Below, in pieces: positions 1-6,929 of a stretch of 11,917 nt of DNA. The translations under genes and the position numbers were made by a program. The notes under the pieces were generated by a model, which saw only the letters and a list, made by a program, of their open reading frames with translations, was not told the DNA's origin and searched no databases. This stretch comes from Azolla caroliniana (lineage: Eukaryota > Plantae > Polypodiophyta), in contig JBHGNT010001115.1 in the NCBI GenBank assembly GCA_043228905.1, positions 1 through 11,917 of the forward strand, written 5' to 3'. Position 1 is the stretch's first letter; every line of letters begins with the position of its first letter.

Positions 1-676
1 AAGGGTGTATAGTACGGCCTAACAAGTGTCATGCTTATCAAATACCTAGATGAAACAATACTTGGGTATTAAAAACATCACTTATACATGCACACATTTT
101 AGTATGCAAATAATTTATACGTGCATATAGGCATTGTGTGTAATGCATGGAGACACAATCCTAGTCTCTAGGGAAACAAATGTGTTTTGCATAGCACAAT
201 CCACACTTATATTAGTTGTTACTCTATCATTTATTTGTTTGGATATGAGATTTGATACAACATCGTTGGTTATGATTCATTATAATGTGACTATTTAATA
301 TTGATTGGAAATAATCATCCACTTACATTATGACGTAGATGTATGAGAATAATGCCAATGCAAAGGTTTGGAAAAGTTACCCTTTTGTAGTACGAATAAG
401 TATGTGAATGCAATATATGCTTATTATCCATTAGACATTTTGATTGTCACGAGGTCGAACATGTCTACACATGAGAATGTTTAGTATAGTTAAAAGGCGA
501 GTAACGAAGTTAATCAATAGTTATCTTATAGCCGGTCATTATTATTTATCAATCAACCGAAGTAATGTATAGGAAGATCCAATGCAATAATCAATGAGCA
601 TCTATATTTAATGGCTTACGTTATCCTCATGTCGTCATCACGACTCATTGGTTCAAGATGTTTATATTAACAATTC

Positions 677-1269
677 CATCATCAATATAGTGGAGTTTGT
701 ACTCTATCTCTCTCAGAGTTTATGGTAAGACAAGGAATAAAGCACAAAGAGACATTATAACCATGCCTTGGTTCAAAGAACATTACATGCACATATTGAT
801 AATGAGATTCTTTAGTCACATTTTAATTTATTTACTTTTTTACACATATTTTTGTTTGCTCTCAAATACAAAACGTTTTTTTTTTCTCCAAAAAATTACT
901 ACTTCACATTAGTTAGCAAACAATTACATCATAGACCACCAAAAATTCAGCAACCCTCACTCTAGCCTTCTCATCATCAATATAGTGGAGTTTGTACTCT
1001 ATCTCTCTCAGAGTTTATGGTAAGACAAGGAATAAAGCACAAAGAGACATTATAACCATGCCTTGGTTCAAAGAACATTACATGCACATATTGATAATGA
1101 GATTCTTTAGTCACATTTTAATTTATTTACTTTTTTACACATATTTTTGTTTGCTCTCAAATACAAAACGTTTTTTTTTTTCTCCAAAAAATTACTACTT
1201 CACATTAGTTAGCAAACAATTACATCATAGACCACCAAAAATTCAGCAACCCTCACTCTAGCCTTCTCA
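677..1269. repeat. Near-perfect tandem duplication, 2 x ~295 bp
   Basis: Copy 1 is 677-971 and copy 2 is 972-1267. They are identical by eye except T10 vs T11 in one homopolymer, with a 2-bp CA microhomology at the junction. This explains the twin ORFs at 697 and 992. Confidence 0.95.
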
Positions 1270-1602
1270 CCAAAGTGGACATAGTCCCCACCTCATTTAC
1301 AACAAAAGTATCCACAACTCCTATAACCTAGTAATTTGTACTATATATTGGTCTCTTAGAAAAATGTTAATTGACTTCTCACTTTGTTTAGATTTTTTGT
1401 AATTACTTACCCTAGAGTTAACTTGTTATATAACTGATCTTAGCCTTGGGTTCGAGGTTGGACTTTCACACCTCTTTATACATGATATACATTTTCATAA
1501 TTCATTAGATAACATTATGAAATGTAGGGGTTGAATGCAACTTATAAGGGCATTGGAAAAAATTTCCATGCATACTAAATTTAGTGTATATAGCTCTAAA
1601 AT

Positions 1603-2344
1603 TAATAGTCGGCAATGGTTCGGTTTGAACCGAACGGAACCATGAAACCATGGCTTAACAATTTAAATAGTTAGTTTGGTTTGGTTCAGGTTGAAGTTTT
1701 TTTTAATTGTTTGGTTTGGTTTGGTTTGCGGAGTGAACGTTTCAATTTGGTTCAGATTCAAAGGTTAAAAATCATGGTTTAAACGGTTTAATGGTTTTAA
1801 TTTTTTATTATTAAGGTATTAATTATTTTTTCATAAAAAATATCCTCCATTGGTATTAAAATTAAAGTAAACAATATAGATATATAGTCTTGCATTTGTT
1901 CAAAACTAATACAACACCTCCTCAGCATATCCATGGTCTCTATAGCCTCTTTTGAGTGCATTCCATGAGACGATGTTTGAAACCATAATTGTGCTAAAAT
2001 GTTTTCTGTATAGTTTCTTTGTTTCGAGCATATCCCGATTTGTTTTTGAAATTTTTGTTAAAAAAAAACTTTTCATTTTTAAGCCTAATTCTCACATTTT
2101 AGGAAAATCTTTAAAATTTTGAAAAAATTAAAAAATTAAAAATTAAAAAAATTAAAAAAAAATTAAAAATTAAAATTGAATTTTGCCCTAAGTTGAAAAC
2201 CGAAACCGAACCACGAAATCACGGTTTTAATGGACTAATGCTTTAATGGTTTCGTGGTTTGGTTTGGTTTGGTTCAAGTTTCAAAATTTTTAAACAGTTT
2301 GGTTTTGACACTCTCAAACCAAACCAAACCATTGCCGATTGTTA
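1603..2344. mobile_element. Non-autonomous hAT-superfamily DNA transposon (742 bp)
   Basis: TIR 1603-1627 TAATAGTCGGCAATGGTTCGGTTTG vs reverse complement of 2320-2344 TAACAATCGGCAATGGTTTGGTTTG (22/25). 8-bp TSD TCTAAAAT (1595-1602) / TCTAAAAC (2345-2352). Dense GGTTT/AAACC/AAACCG subterminal repeats at both ends, as in plant hAT elements. No transposase ORF. Confidence 0.85.
1887..1986 (-). pseudogene. Fragment of a PLS-class pentatricopeptide repeat (PPR) gene inside the hAT element
   Basis: The minus strand from 1986 reads MVSNIVSWNALKRGYRDHGYAEEVL and, after a 1-nt frameshift, ISFEQMQD. This matches the PLS-PPR pattern xDVVSWNALIxGYAxHGxxEEALxxFEQMQ. It may extend weakly to ~1860 and ~2034. 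Confidence 0.75.
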
Positions 2345-2486
2345 TCTAAAACATAGATTTTGCTTATGAAAACCAAAATATGTAAGGATAAACCGTACAT
2401 TATGCATGATAATGAACCACTTGAAATGGTAGATAGTTTTAACTTCAATGGTCTTGAAGTTCTTTCACATCATAGATGGAATGAAT

Positions 2487-2875
2487 GGTTTTAGTTCGGT
2501 TTGGTTCTAAAATTCGAGTTTATTGGTTTAGTTTGAAGGTTTTTGGTTAACTTTTTTTCACCTTAATGGTTTATTAATTGAATGGATTAATTAATGATTT
2601 TTTGTTGATTTAATCAATTTAACTTAAATGTTTATTTAATTTAATGGTTTAACTAATGTTTTTTTATTGATTTAATTAAGTTAACTTAAATACTTATTTA
2701 ATTTAATGTAATTTTGTTTATTTAGTATTTTAGTAGTTTGACTTAAATGGTTAGGTTTAAATTATTTATTAAATGGCTTGGTTTGGTTTTAACTTTTCCT
2801 TAAACGGTTTCACTTTAAATGGTTTGAGAGTTCAGAAATGATTTATTTAGTGTTTTTTAATATAAATGGTTTGTT
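2487..2875. mobile_element. Truncated hAT-like subterminal fragment (GGTTT-rich, AT-rich) with an internal ~62-bp tandem repeat
   Basis: Repeated (A)ATGGTTT/TTCGGTTTGGTT motifs resemble the subterminal regions of 1603-2344. Two ~62-bp units lie at 2581-2642 and 2643-2704. No TIR pair or TSD was found. Confidence 0.45.
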
Positions 2876-3656
2876 TTTTTTTCAAAAAAAGATACTACAT
2901 TAGTATTCGGAAACGCCATAAGGTTATACATACAAGATATACAACAGATCCCCTGTATTTTTCTAAATTCTAACCATGGGCTAAAATAAATACTTTGGTG
3001 CTGAGTAAAACCACTCATTTATTTATTTAAAGAATATGGTGCTAACTTTGATTTGGCAAGTCCCAAATTCAAAGCTAAAGCGTTAGCTTCAATGAAATCT
3101 TTTCACCAGTGGTGAAAATGACAACCCTTTGATTAACTTGGAGATGATTCAGTTAGATGTTAAGATGACATTCCTCCATGGTGATGTAGACGAGGAGATT
3201 TATATGGAACAACCGAAAGGCTTCATGGTACTAGACCAATAATGTCTAGTCTACTGACTTAGGAAGAGCCTTTACGGCTTGAAGCAGGCCCCGAGACACT
3301 GATATAGAAAATTTGACAACTTCATTCAATTTGTCGGCTTCTATAAGAGAGATAAGGACCACAACCTCTTCTTGAAAACGGTTCAAGATGGATCACCGAT
3401 CTTCGTTATCTTATACATGGATGACATGCTTCTCTTTGGCCGGCAATTTGGAGAGCTTGCTGATATCGTTTGACAATTGCGGTTGAAGTTCATGATGAAG
3501 GACTTAGTTCCAGCTTGGCACATACTCGGAATGAAGATTAGTCGGCTTCGGAATCAACAAAATTTGTTCTTATCTCAAGCCGACTACATCAAATGTGACT
3601 TGGAGCGCTTGAACATGTAATTGACCCCACTCCCCATTAGCCTTTTGTTGTCTCAA

Positions 3657-3681
3657 TAAACCCTAAACCCTAAACCCTAAA
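3657..3681. repeat. Interstitial Arabidopsis-type telomeric tract (TAAACCC)3TAAA
   Basis: Perfect CCCTAAA-type repeats are embedded in copia pol coding sequence. Confidence 0.9.
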
Positions 3682-4604
3682 TCCAGTTCGGAGGGGGAAG
3701 ATATGAAGTTTGTACCGTATGCATCAACAATCAACTCCTTGATGTACACGATGGTCACGACATGGCCTGAACATAGCACATGCCATATGAGTCATCAACA
3801 AATTTATGCGCAACCCCGATTGATAGCATTGGAATGCAGTTAAGCATGTATTCAGATACCTGGTGGGCACACAAGACCTTGGCATCCTCTTCGGTTCGAA
3901 CAAGAGCTCAAGCATAGTCAACTACATTGACTATGACTTTGTTGGCTATTTAGTCAGCCGAAAGTCAACTACCAATTACTTCTTTCAGTTTGACACTAGA
4001 GAAATATCGTGGAAGTCGAAAATCCAAGAGTGCATGACCACTTCGACAACTGAGGCCAAATATGTTGTTGCGTTGAACACGGCAAAGGAGGCTTTATGGC
4101 TCGGGCGACTGTCATGCGTGTTTTGACAAGCCGATTCCAATTCAGCTCTAGTTGTCTACAACGACAATCAGGGTGTTGTCGCCTTGTCGAAGAACCCAAT
4201 TCATCATAACGCCTGGAAGCATATCGATGTTCGATATCACTTCGTTTGGGACTGCGTAACTACAAGTAAGCTTGATCTCAAGAAGATCTCTACGGTCGGC
4301 AATGTAGCAAACAAAATGACCAAGTTTCTTTTGATTGACCAATTCTGGTCATTAAGGCTCTAGATGGGCTCAAGGAGAAATCAGTCCGATTGAGTCAGAC
4401 ACAAAGATGACTTCGGACAATTGTCTTTAGACATTTTGACCTTTTGGAATTCGGCATTCGACACAATCGATCCGGCTTCAGTCTTTCGGACTAGTCGATT
4501 TGGTAATACAACTGATTTGTTCAAACATCTCTTTGTATAAATCAGTATTTTGCCAATTCTTTTTATTATAGATTTTTTTTGTATACGCCCATTATGGGGG
4601 AGAC

Positions 4605-4853
4605 TGGCATCTCACTTGGACATGCTAGGTTTATGACACATTTGTAATAAGACTAAAGGGCAATTGCCCTAGCTCAGTTACTATAAAACTGAGCTTTGTA
4701 ACCTAGTTCAAGATGATGAAAGTGCCGCCATTCTGTTGTAACTTCAAGAATAATAGAGTTATCATCATCTTGGTTTTGTCGCTATCATCAACTTGTTGAT
4801 CTTCATATTGTAGTGTTATTCCTATTTCCGCATTGACGACCTTGACTCCAACA
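4605..4853 (+). repeat. Putative 3' LTR of the copia element (~250 bp), preceded by a polypurine tract
   Basis: PPT GGGGGAGA (4596-4603), then C, then TG at 4605. TATA-like CTATAAAA at 4681, TTTCCGC near the 3' end, and a terminal CCAACA ending at 4853. No second LTR is present to confirm it. Confidence 0.65.
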
Positions 4854-4865
4854 CTGAACTCATTC

Positions 4866-5100
4866 ATTCTTTGATGCCATGTGTGTACTCCAATTTATTG
4901 GGGGTTGAGAGTGGGAGGTGTTATTCAGTGTTTGACTACGAGTAGAGTGAAAGGGTGACAAAACACCAAAATGCCTTACCTTTTGGATGTTTACCAAGAT
5001 AGGCATAATGTTTCCACTACTAGTGAAGAAAATATAAAGGGTACACCAACATACCCATAGATTGATGTATTCGCATTCGTGGAGGTTACCAAATGAATGC
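4866..5100 (+). mobile_element. Heavily decayed LINE ORF2 C-terminal remnant
   Basis: Frameshifted pieces FDAM..TPI/LLGVE (4870-4915) and MPYLL, then one frame from 4987, MFTKIGIMFPLLVKKI*RVHQHTHRLMYSHSWRLP. These follow the order and spacing of the post-RT LINE region (LF....P.LLYG.E.W ... ETG..P.......R ... RLP) as recalled. Confidence 0.4.
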
Positions 5101-5239
5101 ATGAAAAAATATTCGCTAAAAAAAACAGAGGGTTTATAAAGTCCCTACTTTTTAGTTTCTTCGATATATCATTATTCATATATCATATAACAAAGAGGAT
5201 TTTCACATTAAAAAGGCGATATTTCACTTCAAATTAAAA

Positions 5240-5731
5240 CATTTTTATAAAGGATGTAAAACTTAAAAGTATTTGTTTTATTTTTAATAAAATAAATAAA
5301 AGGTTCATTAATTCCCCACTTTTTACTCTCCCACAAAATTTGATATTTTTATCTGTCATTAAAAACGGGACCTCACATTAATAATATTTTTATAATAGAT
5401 ATAAAACTTGAAAAGTATTTTTTTATTTTTTCATAAAATAATGAATAAATAAATATATAAAAGGTTCATTAATTTCCCACTTTTTACTCTCCCACAAAAT
5501 TTGATATTTTTACTTGACATTAATAAATTTTTTATAATTCATGTAAAAATGATTTGTTTTATTTTTAATAAAATAAATAAATAATAAATAATAAATAAAA
5601 GGTTCATTAATCCCCCACTTTTTACTTTCCCACAAATTTTGATATTTTTATCTCACCTCACACTAATAATATTTTAATAATAGATGTAAAAAATATTTGG
5701 TTTTTAATAATAAATAATAAATAAAGAAAGG
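5240..5731. repeat. AT-rich degenerate tandem repeat, ~3.5 units of ~140-160 bp
   Basis: A core like GGTTCATTAATYYCCCACTTTTTACTYTCCCACAAAWTTTGATATTTTTA starts at 5302, 5463 and 5601. Each is preceded by a similar TTTTTATAA..ATGTAAAA..ATAAATAA block, and a partial fourth block lies at ~5668-5731. Confidence 0.85.
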
Positions 5732-5807
5732 AATGGTTTGTAATATTCGTGGGGACATTTTGTATTCTCGAATATTGCAGATGGAGAATACCACGAATAT
5801 CACACAT

Positions 5808-6296
5808 GGGCCAATCTATGAACATACCTATAGCTTTGTGGATATTCACCAAAGTGATCCCAAAGTTTTATAAAACTTTGACTCCTTTGAGCAATAAGAT
5901 GTGCATACGACACAGAAATAATCAAGCACCAATCAACAATAATGAAATCGCACCTTAGTAGTAAGAATAACAACTTGAAAAATGAACGCAATACAACTCT
6001 ATGCAAAAGTAGATATTGCACTAGAGAGCAACATTCTAACAGTTTTTTGAAAACTTAAGGTTAATGTTGGACTTTTCCCAACCCCATAACCTTCACGAAT
6101 TCAAACACCTCTACTTACTAGTCATAAAGTTGGTACGAAGACATGTACTTTTGCGATGCATACAATTCTTGACTAGTCCTATACTGGGAGTGAGAGAGTT
6201 CATTGTTCTGGACATGACATGGTATGATCCACGCGTTCTGCAAATTTTAAAGGTATTCACTATCTCCTCAATACTGCTCTTGCTCTTACTCCTCAT
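5808..6296 (-). mobile_element. Possible decayed CACTA (En/Spm) accessory-ORF remnant
   Basis: Minus-strand peptides RGV*IREGYGVGKSP (6112-6068) and AIGMFIDWP (5834-5808) loosely resemble the GRVRGxGxG..P and A.G.F..WP motifs of CACTA TnpA-like proteins. The matches are short. Confidence 0.25.
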
Positions 6297-6693
6297 CGCC
6301 TAACTCATCTCAAGGGAATGGGCAAAAACTAAGTTGTTTAGTTGGAGAGAAAAAAAGGGTTGATGATAATATCAACAAACCAAACGAGTAATGCAAACCA
6401 TATAATGTTCTCAATAGGCCATCAATGTCATCAGTCTACAATAGCAGAGATGCTATAAAATTTAAACAAGACATTCAAAGGTGAAATTAAGAAAAACGAA
6501 AGATTAAATGCAAAGTAAAGTCATAAGATTTGTCAATCGAAGAGCCAACTTTAGTTTGCTAGGGCGAGGGAGCACAAAAAAAAGATGTGCTTGGTTTTTC
6601 TGTTGAAAATCGTTGGAAGGTTCACAATGATCATGAGCAGTGCATTTATCGGAGAGGGGTATATTTCCGACACAGATTTGAGAACATGGCAAA

Positions 6694-6800
6694 GGTATGT
6701 AAGTGTGAAGGAGGGGTATTTTTTGCAATTAGTGAAAACGCAGGGGTATGTAAGTGTGAAGGAGGGGTATTTTTTGCAATTAGTGAAAACACAGGGGTAT
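6694..6800. repeat. 51-bp tandem repeat (2.1 copies) resembling a Mutator-like TIR segment
   Basis: 6694-6744 and 6745-6795 differ at one base (6740 G vs 6791 A). AGGGGTAT recurs at 6655, 6712, 6742, 6763 and 6793. The reverse complement AATTGCAAAAAATACCCCT is reminiscent of plant MULE TIRs; the family call is inference. Confidence 0.8.
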
Positions 6801-6866
6801 CATATGAGATTTGTAAATCCTCAGAAATACACACATATATGATATACCTAAGAATTTGATCCCTAC

Positions 6867-6910
6867 GAAGAAGAAGAAGAAGAAGAAAGAAGAAGAAGAA
6901 GAAGAAGAAA
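6867..6910 (+). repeat. GAA microsatellite [(GAA)7A]2 in the presumed 5' UTR of RH18
   Basis: Two exact 22-bp units end 19 nt before the ATG at 6930. Confidence 0.95.
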
Positions 6911-6929
6911 ACGAAGCTTTTCCATCGCC

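Larger units (their letters stand above)
1535..2486 (+). mobile_element. Decayed non-LTR (LINE) reverse-transcriptase remnant, split by a hAT insertion (1535-1602 + 2345-2486)
   Basis: Removing 1603-2344 and one TSD copy gives a single frame, MQLIRALEKISMHTKFSVYSSKT*ILLMKTKICKDKPYIMHDNEPLEMVDSFNFNGLEVLSHHRWNE. This resembles the L.VN..KTK ... LE.V.SFKYLG end of non-LTR RT domains. Confidence 0.7.
3050..4853 (+). mobile_element. 5'-truncated, degenerate Ty1/copia LTR retrotransposon (RT-RNaseH, PPT, 3' LTR)
   Basis: PKFKA (3062), FNEIFSPVVKMTTL (3088), LEMIQLDVKMTFLHGDVDEEIYMEQPKGF (3138), LRKSLYGLKQAPR, LYMDDML (3411), VPYAS, DYDFVG, SWKSKIQ..TSTTEAKY, DNQG..LSKNPIHH..KHIDVRYHF, NVANKMTK. 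Several stops, frameshifts and deletions. The 5' boundary is approximate. Confidence 0.93.

Noticed and set aside
1-676. Possible old LTR or other TE debris with small hairpins
   Set aside because: No diagnostic termini or peptide motifs could be supported by eye.
697-1261. Twin ORFs of 71 and 89 aa
   Set aside because: TTG starts, no recognisable motif, and they are a by-product of the 295-bp duplication.
3724-4342. Short ORFs at 3724, 3863, 3996 and 4148
   Set aside because: They are a fragment (3863) or antisense shadows of the decayed copia pol, not genes.
5015-5025. CACTACTAGTG as a CACTA terminus
   Set aside because: It lies in frame within the LINE-like peptide (FPLLV), and no partner TIR with a 3-bp TSD was found.
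5240-5731. CRISPR-like spacing of a conserved core
   Set aside because: The intervening segments are homologous to each other, the context is eukaryotic and there are no cas genes.
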